Assembly (NCBI GenBank): GCA_963575745.1 | Contig: CAUYUJ010000192.1 | Span: 372,001 to 436,000, forward strand | DNA: 64,000 nucleotides | Source of the DNA: Prorocentrum cordatum | Lineage: Eukaryota | Reading direction: 5' to 3' | Part shown: positions 22,451-34,550 of the stretch, piece by piece | Layout: the number at the start of each line of letters is the position of its first letter | Numbering within the stretch: position 1 is the stretch's first letter | Program-made: the position numbers and the translations under genes | Notes under the pieces: generated by a model | What the model was told of the DNA's origin: nothing | Databases searched by the model: none | Seen by the model: only the letters and a program-made list of their open reading frames with translations

Positions 22451-22585
22451 AAGCCTTGAAACCAGAATGGCCGCGAGAGGGGAGAGCAGCAGCAGGGGCG
22501 ACAAGCAGAGGAGAAAGAAGGAAGGGGTGGAGCCCCTCTCGCTTGGCCGCTCGACGCGGAGGAAAACTGCATCCAAAGATAATCA
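22451..22585 (-). repeat. Split direct repeat A1 (5' terminus)
   Basis: 135 bp, identical to 15548-15682. Confidence 0.95.
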
Positions 22586-24871
22586 GAAATCTGGAGTATC
22601 AGTGCCGCGCCCGCCGGACGACCCACGGCCCCTAGCAGCGTGCTGCTGCGCCAAGGAGGCACCAGGCTCTTGGAACCCCCGCGGGACAGAGCGACGCAGC
22701 GCGTGCGTGCCACCGATACGCACTCCCCAGAGATCCGATGCCGTGATTCTGTCCGATACGAGGTCCCCGGAAGTCTCGACCCACTCCCCAGGACCGATTT
22801 TTCCTCCTGAATCGTTGTTTGACGGTCCCGGGACCCCGCGAGGGCCCCTATAGGCCGTAAATTGCGAAAAGCCTGCGCCTTGATTGTTCTCAATGCGTTG
22901 GACCTCTGGGTTATCCCTCGCGGGCGGGCGGGCAGGTGGCGGCGCGCGCGCGGGAAGGCACGCGGGCGCGGCACAGGGCGGAGACAGCCCGCCCAGACCC
23001 GAGGCCGCTTGGGCCCCTCCGGGCCCGGCCCGGCAAAACTCACGGGGCTGGCCCTTGGGCGCGTGCGGCGGGCGGGCCGCAACCAGCGCCAGCGCCCACG
23101 GTTCCCTTCCTTGCGGGCACGCTCAAAAATTATATGTTTTGTGGGTGAGCGTCTTCTGATTGGGCGTTTCGACATGGAGCGGAAGCGGGGGGGAGGGTCT
23201 GGCTCCAGACCTCTGCTTCATGCAACTGATTGCAGCAGTGCTTCCTGTGGGGGCAGGCTCCACCTCCAAGATCTACTCTATGGGAGGGGAGGGAGGGTGC
23301 GAGGGCCCGCGCCGATCGGCAAAACAACGAATCAACAAACGATCACTTGCAAGGACCGACCACAACGATGTTTGAAGCGCGTTGGCGTGTAAGGTCGAAA
23401 ACGAAAAAGAGTCCGAGCGTTTACAGCGAAACGTTCGAAACGATAACTACGGGTGCAAGCAAGCACGAAAACGACACGATGCCGCTCCATGGGCCAAGCA
23501 AGTGCACCAAGCGCCAGCATGGGTTAGGGATCCGTGGAACTGGCGCGTGGTCGCCAGATCCACGAAGTGGGGGCAATGTCCCTCGAAGCATCGCGCCAAC
23601 GCAGCCTCAATTAGCGACGCAAGGCGCCGATCCTGCATGGAAACGGGGGTCTTCGCCGATGAACGGGCCTGAGGCCATGTTTAGCGCTTCGTTGATCCGT
23701 CCTCCTCCTCCTCCTCCTCCTCCTCCTCCTCCTCCTCCTCCTCCTCCTCCTGCAGAGAGGCCTCTGAAGAACATATCTCCGCGCCACCGCACCGGCGAGA
23801 GACCTCTGGGCCTCGGCCCGATCTTTCCCAGGGCGCAGCCTTCGCTCGGGAGGCCGGCGGAACAGCACGCCGCGCCCCGCCAGACTCTCCCGCGCCCAGG
23901 CAGAACTGAGGGGCCACGATGTGCACGGTTTCCCCCGGGGCCGCAGGCGACCCGAGGAGGAGGAGGAGGAGGAGGAGGAGGAGGAGGAGGAGGAGGAGAT
24001 GGCGGAGGAGGAGGAGGAGGAGGAGGAGGACGAGGAGAAGGAGGAGGAGGAGGAGGAGGAGGAGGAGGAGGAGGAGGAGGAGGAGAGGGAGGGGTCGCCT
24101 AAGCCCTTCGGAGAAACCCTCCACCACGATGGGGGGGCTTGGCTCTGGGGGGAGAACATCGACCTGTAACTGGCGATGCATCGCCGACAGAGCGGCGGAG
24201 CAGGCCCCCGGCAGCGAATCCGAACACGCTCCTGGGCGGGGGGAGCTGCCACGCCCCTGTCGGCGAGCAGTGTGCGGTCGGGAGGCGATTCGTCCCCCCT
24301 GAGCCTGTGCCCCCTCACGTTGTCGCCCCCGAGAAACTCTTGGGCAACGGACGCCGCCGCCCCCGGCCTGCCCCCGGCTTCTTTTTCTCGTTGTCCTCTC
24401 GGAGCGGACTCTGGACATTGCCTTGGCTGCACCCCGGGACTAGGCCCGCATAGGCGGGCCTCTGGCACAGGAAGTGCCCCGCGAACGAATTCGAGGCTGG
24501 CTAGCTTCTGAGAACCTCTCTGTTCGCTCGAAGCGGACTTTGAACGTTGCCTGGGCTGCACCTCGAGACTAGGCCCGCTTCGGTGGGCCTCTGGCACAGG
24601 AAGTGCCAGCGAACGAACTTGAAACTGACTGGCTTCTGAGAAGAGAGTCTGTCCGCTAAAAAAAAGCCTCTGCTCTGTTCAGGAATCTGCCCAAGCATGC
24701 TGCCAGTTGCGAACACCGCCAGGCTTAATTCAGCCTGCCGAACACAACTGATTCAGACTGATCGACGCACGGCCGATCGATCGGAAGCACCGCCGGGCAC
24801 AGAGGCCTTCAAAAAATGCCCTCGTGGCACAGCTCAGGGCACACACGGAGGCGGCACTTGCAGCGCGGCCC

Positions 24872-25760
24872 TCAGGCGAGAATGGGGACGTACCCTTCGG
24901 GAACCGCCGTCCGAGCCGCGGCGCTGCGGGACCGCCGCCACATCGCGAAGCCCGCCAGCAGCAGAGCGGCGAGCAGCGCCGCCGCGCAGCCCAGCCTGAG
25001 CGCGAGGGCGCCGATGCCCGCGGGGGCACCTCCGAAGGGAGCTTCGAAGGGGGACATCGAGGACCTCGCCTCTGCGTCGGCGTCGACGCGCGCGGCGTGC
25101 TTCGCGTTCGCCATGGCCTCCGCCTCTGCGCGCCCGCGCGCCGCGCGCTCCGCCTTCCGCTGCGCGACCACCGCGGCCTCCCTGCGAGCGCGCCCCTCCG
25201 CCTCGCTCTCCGCGGCCTCGACCGCCTCGCTCTCCGCGATCCGCCTGGCCTCCTTCTTCGCCTCGTGCTTCTTGGGCGCCTCCGCCTTGGCCCTCGCCTC
25301 CGCCTTTTAACGGGCGAAAAACGATATAAAATAAACTTTTTCGCTGTCGGGGGCGCCTGTCCCAGGGCGGCTGGAAAGTTTATACCCTTACGGTGGCACT
25401 GTAGGGGTATAAACTTTCCAGCCGCCCAGGGACAGGCGCCCCCGACAGCGAAAAAGTTTATTTTATACTGCTCTTCGCTCGCTGAGCCTTGGCCTTGCCG
25501 ACGGCCGTGGCCTCCGCGTCCGCCGTGGCCTCCGCGGTGCCGGTGCGCTCCACGGTGACGTCCCCGCGCGTCACGCGGGCGGTGGCCGTGGCGTCGGCCG
25601 AGGCGCTGGCCCGTGCCGTCGCCCTGGCGCGCTCCCGAGCGGTCGCGGTGGCCGTGGCCGTGACGTTCGGCCGCTTCTTGTGGTGGCTCTCGTGGTGCTC
25701 GTGCCCGAGGCCGACGACGGGGAGCGCGAGCAGCAGAGCCACCGCAAGGCGGAGAGCCAT
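24872..25760 (-). CDS. Two-exon gene (25760-25488, 25303-24872) for a 234 aa Ala-rich type I membrane protein
   Basis: Signal-peptide-like MALRLAVALLLALPVVGLG, Ala/Glu/Thr-rich stalk, TM LGCAAALLAALLLAGFAMW followed by RRSR, and tail GYVPILA*. Splicing a GC-AG intron joins the exons in frame (GKAK|AEARAK). Confidence 0.75.
25304..25487 (-). mobile_element. Introner-like palindromic intron (GC-AG)
   Basis: 71 bp arms (25325-25467) with 3 mismatches and a 1-nt loop, plus looser outer TIRs; flanked by an AAGGC direct repeat that supplies both splice sites. Confidence 0.8.
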
Positions 25761-25855
25761 TTGTGAGCGGCTGCCCCCCCCCTTTGTGCCTAGAGAGCCG
25801 CTTCGCGCGGGGGAGAGGCCAGCCGGTGGGCCAAGAGCCTCTGAGCCGGGAGGGT

Positions 25856-25865
25856 CTTGAGCCAA
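25856..25865 (-). other. Relict spliced-leader 3' end upstream of the membrane-protein gene
   Basis: Reverse complement TTGGCTCAAG equals the last 10 nt of DinoSL, ~95 nt before the ATG. Confidence 0.5.
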
Positions 25866-26809
25866 GCCTACCCCGGGCCTCATGGACTCACGGGCGCCAT
25901 GCTCGCTGGAGGGCACGCTCCGCCGCAGGAGGCCACCGCGCGCGCGAGGGCTCCCTGCGGCACGCGTAATGTTACCACACGGGATGTGCGCGTGCGACCG
26001 CCGTGCCAAGAGGAGCGTCAGACAGGGAACGGAGCCCACTTGTGGCCCCAAGAGCAGCAGGGTGCACGAGGAGCGCTGGCCGCTGCAGGAACAGCGAGCC
26101 CTCTCCGAACCCGAAATGCTCCCTATGACTGCGTCTTGGCACCTCTTGGGTGCAACAACCAGCCTGGGCTCCGAAGGATGGTGCGCCCCTGCGCTGCACG
26201 AGCCTCGGCACTCTAGCGAACGCGGGGCAGGGCTGCGAATCAACCACAAACCCCTCAGCGGCGCAGGCGGTCCTGCTGTGAACAACCGTGCCGAGGGCAG
26301 GCACAGCCTGGCAGTCAGAAGGCGGTCCTTCTTGCCACAGCACGGCAAACAGCCAACGAGACATCGGAGGTGCCAGAAGTGAGCCACGTCATCCCCTGGT
26401 GCTCTTGGAGCTGAACACGACGGCGAGCGTGAACGGCGTCTGAGGCGGTGGATCGGCGACGAGCCCAGGGGGGAGGAAGTCTGAAGGGGCGGGCATGCTC
26501 AGAAGGCTCCATGGCCTGCTGGGAATAGCTTCCTCTGTCCTCCCCGAGGGCACAGAGCGAGAACTTCTCGGAAGGCCGGAGGGCTTCTGAGAGGCCCCGC
26601 CGCCTCCTGAGAAGGCCTTCTCCTTCCCTTCCCCCCCCTCGCTCGTCGCCGCGAGGAGGAGGAAGACGGCGGAGGTAGCCAGAAGACGTGGAGGCGGTGA
26701 TGAGGCACCGCTTGGTGGCAGCGAGAGCGGCGACGCGCTCGGCGGCGGGGGACCTCCCAACCGACCCCCAGAGAACCGCAGCTGCGCCTCTGGCCCAGCC
26801 CACCTCGGG

Positions 26810-27033
26810 GATCTACTGACCTGGGTTACTCCAGACCCGGGTCAGTCGGGCCTTGCAGGATCCTGCAAGACTCAGCAGGGCCCTGCACCCGAGCCCGGGT
26901 CAGTGCGCCCCTGGCCCTGCAAGATCCTGCAAGAGCACCCAACCCTGGACCGGGGCGCACCTGGCTCTGCAGGATCCTGTCAGATCCGGCGCTCTGGCTG
27001 ACCCCCGCTTGCATGACCCCCGTCTCTTGAGAC
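26810..27033 (+). repeat. Dispersed repeat rich in ctgca(a/g)gatcctg, copy 1
   Basis: Homologous to 30365-30525; both start gatctactgacc..cccgggtcagtc. Confidence 0.75.
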
Positions 27034-27227
27034 CCGGCACACCTGGGGGACAGCCCACCCGTTGGCGTGCAAAGCCTGGCGCCCCCAGCCCGAGGCGGGA
27101 TGCGTCCGCGAGCAGGGGCGCCTGCCGTATAGTCTCCGCAGCTGCCGACGGCGCCACCGCGGCGCCAGCAGAGCCACAGCCCCGCCGTGTGCCCCAGGCC
27201 GGCCGGCACACGGAAGGGGGGCGAGGA

Positions 27228-27357
27228 CCCTGACCTTCCAGGAGGGCTAAAAAATAGCACCAGGACCTCGATATCTGAATTCCAGTCGAGGTTTTAGGCA
27301 GCCCAGATAGGTCCATAGGTCTGGAGGGCTATTTTTTAGCACCCTCGAAGGTCAGGG
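27228..27357. mobile_element. MITE-like inverted-repeat element
   Basis: ccctgaccttccaggagggctaaaaaatagc / gctattttttagcaccctcgaaggtcaggg. Confidence 0.7.
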
Positions 27358-27741
27358 GAGAAGGCGGGGAATAGGGGCAGGAATGACTACAGTGCGGGCG
27401 CGGCCGCAAGAAACCCTCGCAAGAAGCCCAACCCTGAAGACACGCACGCGAGGTGCACCTGAGGGGAAGACCCAGAGCACCCCGAAGGCAGCAGCTCCGT
27501 CCACAGTTGCGGGAAGTCACTGCGCAGCGCGCGGAGCGAAGAAACCCAAGATACCCTGACGAAAAGCACATGGTTTCTAGATGTGCGCACCACCCACTGT
27601 GCGCGATCGTGTCGATGACAGAAACGGCCCAGAGATCAGACGTGCCGACCGTTCGGCCGCACTCGAACTCGAACCGCGGAGAAACGTTCCCTGAAGAGAG
27701 GCTCCAGATGGGCCCTCCTGGCATCGCTCGGAGAATGGGAA

Positions 27742-28222
27742 GAGGAGGAGGAGGAGGAGGAGGAGGAGGAGGAGGAGGAGGAGGAGGAGGAGGAGGAGGA
27801 GGAGCAGGAGAAAGAGGGAGAACAAGAAGGCCAGGAGGTGGAGGCCAAGCAGGCCAAGGAGGAGGTGGAGAAGGAGGCCAAGGAGGAGGAGCAGGGGGAG
27901 GAGGAGGAGGAGGAGAGGAGGAGAGGAGGAGGAGGAGGAGGAGGAGGAGGAGGAGGAGGAGGAAGCAGGAGGGAAAGAGGGAGAACAAGAAGGCCAAGGA
28001 GGAGGTGGAGGCCAAGCAGGCCAAGGAGGAGGTGGAGAAGGAGGCCAAGGAGGAGGAGCAGGGGGAGGAGGAGGAGGAGGAGGAGGAGGAGGAGGAGGAG
28101 GAGGAGGGGGAGGAGGAGGGAGGCCAAGCAGGCCAAGGAGGAAGGAGGCCAAGGAGGCCAAGGAGGGAGGCCAAGCAGGCCAAGGAGGAGGGGGATGAGG
28201 GAGGCCAAGGAGGAGGTGGAGG
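27742..28222. repeat. (GAG)n microsatellite with interspersed ggccaag units
   Basis: Direct reading of the sequence. Confidence 0.9.
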
Positions 28223-28970
28223 GCAAGAGTGACAACGAGCGAGGCGCGGCCGGCCCCAAGGGACGACGAGGGGTGCGCCTCTTGCTATGGCCGCCCCCCG
28301 GACCTCCGGCCCCGGGCGCGACATGGCCAGCCGTACGCTCCAGCCCATTGAGTGCGGGACGCAAGCGGGTGCCCTGAATGAGGAGCAACGAGTGGAGGGG
28401 GGGAATCGGCATATGTGAAGGGGCCCTGGGACACACAAATAAATAGACACAAAGAACAGGCTTCCCCATGTTTTCCCATATGTTTTGGGTTTCTGTCTTC
28501 CCCCGCACTTCCCATATTTTCCCATATTTTCTTGGGAATCGACGATGAAGTTTGTCTGTGTGTTTTTTCCCCTCCTCATCCTCCCCCCCCGCACTTGCCG
28601 CCCGGCGGCGGGCGAGGAGAGCCGTGGCCAGCTGCGCCAGAGCCTGGCTGGGCCCGCTCCAGGCACGGGGTCGGCGCACGTGCCATCCCAGTCCCCCAAC
28701 GCCATGATTTGTTTTCTTTTTTTGCTGCGTCGACCCTCACAAAAGTCTGGGCCCCTTCCCCAGGACCGCTCGTGCACCCCGAGTCCGCGTCTGGCGGCCC
28801 CGAGGCCCGGTCAGGGCCCCCCGGGGGCCGACACCGGTGCAAAAACTTCCGTCGTGATGTTTTATCACAGCGCGAGGGGGCCTGGGCTCCTGGCCGAGCC
28901 AGAGAGGCGCATATGCCCCGATCCTGGGCCCAGCGGGCGGGCCTGGCCAGGCTCGGCGCCTGTGCACGTA

Positions 28971-29118
28971 GGGGGCCACAGGCGAACCCTACCCCTTACC
29001 TCCCACGATTTCTGAGGGGGAGGGTGGGGTTCACTTCGTTCGGGAGGTCACGAGCGAATTGAAGCCCCCCCCCCTCAAAAATCGTGGGGGGTAGGGGTAG
29101 GGTTCGCATATGGCCCCT
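28971..29118. mobile_element. MITE-like inverted-repeat element, TA-flanked
   Basis: ggggccacaggcgaaccctacccct..cccacgatttctgagggg pairs with cccctcaaaaatcgtggg..aggggtagggttcgcatatggcccc. Confidence 0.7.
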
Positions 29119-30364
29119 TAGAACGGCCCCCCGCCCTCTGCCAGCAGGCACTGCAGGCGGCGTGGCCGCCGGCTGCCGCTGCGGCCGCGGCCGCGGCGGC
29201 ACGCGCCCGCCGCACGGCGCCTCCGCCGCGCGGAGGGCGCGGCGGAGGCGCTGAAGGGGTGCGGCCAGCGGCCCGGGAGCCCGCCTGGACATCCGCATCC
29301 CAGCGGCCCGAGCGAGGTGGGCAGCATGGCCGCCTCAGCACGGCCGGCCGATCTGATGCCATGCGCAGCTGCCCACGAGCCACCGGCCACCTGCTTCACG
29401 AGGGCCACGCGCCTGTGAAGCAGGTGCACGCGATGTCCAACCACCCCCTGCGCCCGCAGTGGGCTCGCCTGCAGGCGCGCAGGCTTGACCTGGACCTTGA
29501 CCCTCCCTCACTCCATGCGCAGCATGCTCACCCGACCGGAGGGGGGAGGCTCGCGGCGGCGGCGGCGGCGGCGGGCGCCTCGGCGGCCTGGTTGGCCGCG
29601 GGCAGCCCCCCTGGCGGGGCGGCAGGCGGGGCCCGCCCGCCGCGGGCGCAGGCGGCCGCCGTGCGCAGCGGCGCGCCGAGGGCGCTCAGTTGGAGTGCCC
29701 GGCGCGCCGCGCCGAATCGAAGCGGCCGCGCCCGCCCCGCTCCCCCTTTTCTGCAGCTTCGGCGCACGGCGCGCGGCAGCTGGACACTCCCAGGGAAGCT
29801 CGGCGGAGCGCGCCGCGCGCCACGCGCTCGATGCTGCCACGGGGGGGCCGCCCCAGGCCCGCCTGCCGGGCGGGCGCGCGGCCGGGAGCCCGCCGTCCGC
29901 GCCGGGCGCCTGCCGTCCGCGGTGGTGGGCCCGGGAGCGCGCGGGCCAGCGCGCGCGCGCGCGCGTGGCCGACGAGGGGCGAGGCTCGAGGCCCGCCGAG
30001 GGCTCGCCCAAGCGCCGAGGCGCTGGGGCGGGCTCGCTCTGGGCGCTGCCGACTGCGCGAGGCAGCCTCCGCCCTGCCCGTGCCCTCGCCGCGCCCCTCT
30101 GCGGCCCTCCCCCCTCCCTGCAGAGGCTCTGGGGAGGAGGTGCCCCGACTCTGGCCCGCCTCCCCGGCTGGCGGGCCCGTTTAGCCCCCGTACTCCCTCG
30201 GCCTCCTCCGCCTTCCGCAGCCTCCGCGCGGCAGGTGCCACCGCGGCGCGGCCGCAGCGGCCACCGTGGCCGCGGTGGCAGCCGCCGCTGCGGCCGCGGC
30301 CGCTGCGCGGCACCTGCCGCGGCGCGGAGGGTGCGCAAGGCGGAGGGCCCGTGGCCCCTGGCCC

Positions 30365-30525
30365 GATCTACTGACCCGGGTCAATGCAGACCCGGGTCAG
30401 TCAGGCATTGCAAGATCCTGGAAGATCCTGCAGGATCCTGCACCCAAGCCCGGGCACATTGCGCCCCTGGCCCTGCAGGATACTGCAAGATCCGACGCTC
30501 CGGCTGACCCCCGTCTCTTGAGCCC
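30365..30525 (+). repeat. Dispersed repeat rich in ctgca(a/g)gatcctg, copy 2
   Basis: Homologous to 26810-27033. Confidence 0.75.
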
Positions 30526-32315
30526 CGATCCTCTTCGGGAGCGAGCGGCCGGGCCGCCGCTGGGAGCGGTGCTGCACCCGCTGCATGCACGCACGTGCGC
30601 CGCGTGCACGGAAAGGAGGGGCCGCCGCGGCGGCCGCTAGGCCGCTGCGCTCTGGGGGCCCTCTGAGGTGTGCCCCCGACACGGCCCGCGGCCTTCCGAG
30701 TGGTGCAGGCACCCCGCAGGTGGGACGCACGAGGAGATTCCAAGTACTATCCGCCACCCCCTGGAGGCGCACGTCCTAACCGAGCGTGTAGCTCGCACAC
30801 ACACACACACACATATCCTATAGCATAGCCTGTTTCTCTGACGGGATGTCGCCAGACAGCGCCCGCCACCGAGCCTGCACCATGAGATTTCTGGGCGCGC
30901 GCGCGCGCATCGCCCCTGCGGGGCCAGCGCACTCCTGTACAAGAACGTTTGGGCGACATGCCGCAGGATGCCGAGGAGGCGTCGGCCAGACACCCCAGGG
31001 GGCGCTCACTGGAGCCACAGGTCCTCGATGTCCGAGGGGCCGGCAAAAGGCCGCGCACGCGCCAGGTCCAGGCCCTTGCCGCCTGCCCCATCCCTCCCCC
31101 CCTTCGCTGGCGGTCGGCCTTCGACGTCTCGGGGGGGTCTCCCATCCCGGCCCCCCCTGTTCCGTTGGGGTCGGACTTCTGCTGCTCCCCCTCGGGACGC
31201 AGACGAGCATACACCAGAGCGTGTCGTGCGCCCCGTCTGGACGGCGCACGTCCGCAGCTGTAGCAGCGAGCACACACTTGCACATCTTCGTGCATCGCTG
31301 CCCAGGCGGCACGGCCAGAACACGCCCACCGCCGAGCATGCACTGAGGGAGTTCCGAACGCGCGCCGCTCCTGGAAAAAGCCGACGCCCACACAGCAGAA
31401 GCACGCCGCGTGCCTGCGTGATGACGACCTCTGGGCCATCCCCTCTGCGACCGCCGGGCGCGACGACGTCACGGCGACGGCCTCCCGCCCAAACCCCGCC
31501 CTCCTCCTGCCTCCTGCTCCCCAGCGGCGACCGCGGGCGTGCCACGGCGATGGAAGCTCTGCGCCTGGCCCCCGCCTTACCAGCTGGGAACCGTCGACCT
31601 TTCCCCCCTCGGGCGCACGCCAACAGCAGGCTTACGCGGATCCCTGGCTCTGACGCGCGCGCGCGCCAGCTCCACCGCTCGGGGAACGCACTCCCCGATG
31701 CCGAGGGCCGGTGCTGCCCGATGCGGCCTCGGAGGGCGCCGACTCTGCACGAGAGAGGGGCCCGTCGCACACCCACGCGCCTCAATCCGTGGCTGCGTCT
31801 CCTCGACTCCCCCACCCCTCTTCCCTCCCCGTCCACCCTCCGAGCACGACGGGCAAGGAACAGGTCGGGCATGTCCCCCTACGGGCGGATTTTGGACGAC
31901 AAGTAATACATAAACAATGACATGAAGAAATCGTCCCCAGACTATGTTTTGACTACTTTTGAATCTCGGGCGTTGGTAGAACTGGGTTTTGTGGAACCTG
32001 GTTTAGTGATCTGTACTGGGGGCGCCCCCCCCGTCCCATTCCCACTCACCGGAACCGCCGTCGCCCGAAAAAACACGAGCTATGGCAAACCTGGCTTCGT
32101 GATCCTGGCCAATCCAGGGGCTCCAGGGCCCTCTACCACCGACGGGGCCCCCTTACCCGGGGCCCTGGCCCCACCCGAGCATCTCCCCCCTGCAGCAGGA
32201 CAGGGGCCCGACTCTAGGCATTGGGGGAGCCCGCGGCGCGCCCGCCCTCGGAGGCCCCAGTGCCCCCTGCCGCGCGGCGAGCCGCCGCCCGAGACCCCCT
32301 CTGACGAACGAGCAA

Positions 32316-32474
32316 CACCCACCCATACCCAAAGGGAGGTCGTTGGGAGGAGGACTGGCTATGGGTATGGGTGCGGGTTGTCGGACCCTGGAGAACGCTC
32401 CCGTTCGAGCGGGGACCCTCATCCGACAACGCGCACCCATAGCCCTCTCCGACCCCTCTATGGGTATGGGTGTG
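32316..32474. mobile_element. MITE-like element with acccataccc/gggtatgggt inverted ends
   Basis: cacccacccataccca at the left and tgggtatgggtgtgt at the right, plus an internal inverted pair. Confidence 0.5.
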
Positions 32475-34550
32475 TGTTGTTAGTTCGTCACTGGCGCCCG
32501 ACGCCCCCGCCGACGCCCCGACGCCCCCGCTGGCGCCCCGACGAAAGGGCGCCCGCTGCGCGCCCGAGACAGAGCAGGCCGAGCAGGGAAACCACAAGTC
32601 CGGGAGGGCGGCGCTGCGACGCGGGCCCCGCCGCCAGGGCACCGGATGCGGGCAGACTGCCGCCAGAGAGCTCCAGAGAGCTCCAGAGACCCAGACCCCC
32701 TCGAGTCATTAAAAAATCACGACGGGAGGTTTTCTGCCATTTTCGGCTTCTGGGGGCCCCTACCAGGCCTCGGGGCTGTCAAAAAACGACTCAGGATGAA
32801 AAACCGGTCTCGGGGAATGGGTCCAAACCGCTGGGGGTCGACGTCATGAAAAAATCATGACGTCGGGGATCTGGAGAGCTCGCACCTCGATCCTCGATGC
32901 TCTCCCATCAGGCGCCACCGCCCTCGGCTGTCGCCATGCCCGGTCCTTGACGGCTGCACGTTCCCCAGTCATTTGACGTCGTGATGTTTCCACGAGGCGG
33001 GCCGCGCTGGCGCGCGGCGCTCGCGGCGCTCCCCTGCGGCCTGCAGGGCCCGGCGGCCGCCTTCGGGAGGATCCCCATCGCCCGCCGACAGAACGACACT
33101 CGGAGGACGGCGGCGACGGCGGGGACGCGAGCAGACGGAGGCTGCCACCGGACCCAGGCAGCTCGCGCGCTGCCGGCCCAGCACGCCGCCCTCGAGGAGC
33201 GCCGGCACGCCCTGGGCGAGGATCGCGGCTCTGCAGCCAGGGGCCGACGAGCACGACGCACGGCCATCATCGCGCCCCCCGCGGGTGGCCCAGACAAGAA
33301 GAGTTCTTCGCCGCAGCTCTGCGGCTCGGGAAGCCGCCGGAGGCCCAGACAGCGAAGAGCCTCGATCCTCCGGCCTGCGGAGACGAAGAGAGGAGGCCGC
33401 GCCATGACGGCACCTCGGCAGAGATCGAGAGTGCGGATCACCTGCGTGCCGGCGTGCACGACAACCCGTGGCTGCACAGCGACTCGGGGCACCGTCGTTG
33501 TGACCTCCAGCCTGCGTGTACGGCGTGAAAGGGAGGAGGAGGAGGAGGAGGAGGAGGAGGAGGAGGAGGAGGAGGAGGACGAGGGATGGAGGAGGAGGAG
33601 GAGGAGGAGGGAGGGAGGGAGGGAGGAGGAGGGGGAGGAGGAGTGCCAGTGCGCCAGCCCTAGGGTGCAGGCCAAGATCGAGAAACACGATCACCCCATG
33701 TCCCATTACATCCTTGCACATTCGTCCATCATCTCTGTACACCCTCTCTCCTTTACACTTGTACATCTTGTTTTCTCTATCTCATTTCAGCGTTACGCTG
33801 CACTACCCTGTACTACCACGTACGGCAGCAAGCGCTTCCTCGGCTACGACATTTACCTCGTACGCCCACGCAGCCAGCACCACTCACGTGGCCATCTTGG
33901 CCTAGCGAGTGCAGCATCTTGCAAGCAGTAGCGCCACGACTCCGTCGATGTCTCTCAGCCCTGCCTGGCACCGCAGGCAAAGAGAAGGGCAAGCAGCGGC
34001 ACGCACACCACTACGGGCAGCCTCGGCGCGAGCCCTACTCGACCAACCAACCTGCCAGCAGCGCCAAGCAGCACATCTTCTACGCAACTGACATCATAGC
34101 GCACAGCATCTACCACGACAGCCAGCCCAGGAGAGCCCAGGATCGGATCGACAAGTCGGATCGGCGATCGACATGAATCGAATCGTCGGAAGTCGGCAGC
34201 TGAGTCGGGAAAAGTTGGATCGGCAGAAATCGGCAGGCGAGTATGCCTCCAATAAGAAATCGGAACTCAAATCGGAATCCCAGATCGAATCGAATCGGAA
34301 ACCATCGAAATCGAATCGAATCGAATCGGAGAAATCGAAACGAGCCCTGGCGGCCAGCCGACACCCTGCACGCCCACACACACAAGCCCCCAGGCGAAAC
34401 AAGGGGAAACACCAACAGCGACAGCAAGACAGCGAAGGCAGAGAACAATCCTGGCAGCCCGTCGGGCACAGCGGGCACGCCCATCCAGCTTAACAGGGTC
34501 CGACCTACGCAGCACAACCACAACACCAGTGGGAAAAAACAACACGTACT

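Larger units (their letters stand above)
15342..22585 (-). mobile_element. Full-length tyrosine-recombinase (DIRS-superfamily, PAT/Ngaro-type split-direct-repeat) retrotransposon carrying a C5 DNA methyltransferase
   Basis: A1(22585-22451)-ORFs-B1(15871-15683)-A2(15682-15548)-B2(15529-15342); RT, RNase H, C5-MTase and YR motifs; no TSD. Confidence 0.93.

Noticed and set aside
15342..22585. Classification as an LTR (Gypsy/Copia) or classical DIRS1 inverted-repeat element
   Set aside because: No DDE integrase or protease motifs and no TSD; the termini are split direct repeats, not LTRs or ITR/ICR
22586..23175. Extension of ORF0 to 380 aa
   Set aside because: It crosses the element boundary into unrelated flanking DNA
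29259..31906. Many overlapping 250-370 aa Arg/Ala/Pro ORFs
   Set aside because: Extreme GC content leaves several frames open, with no recognisable domain or codon asymmetry
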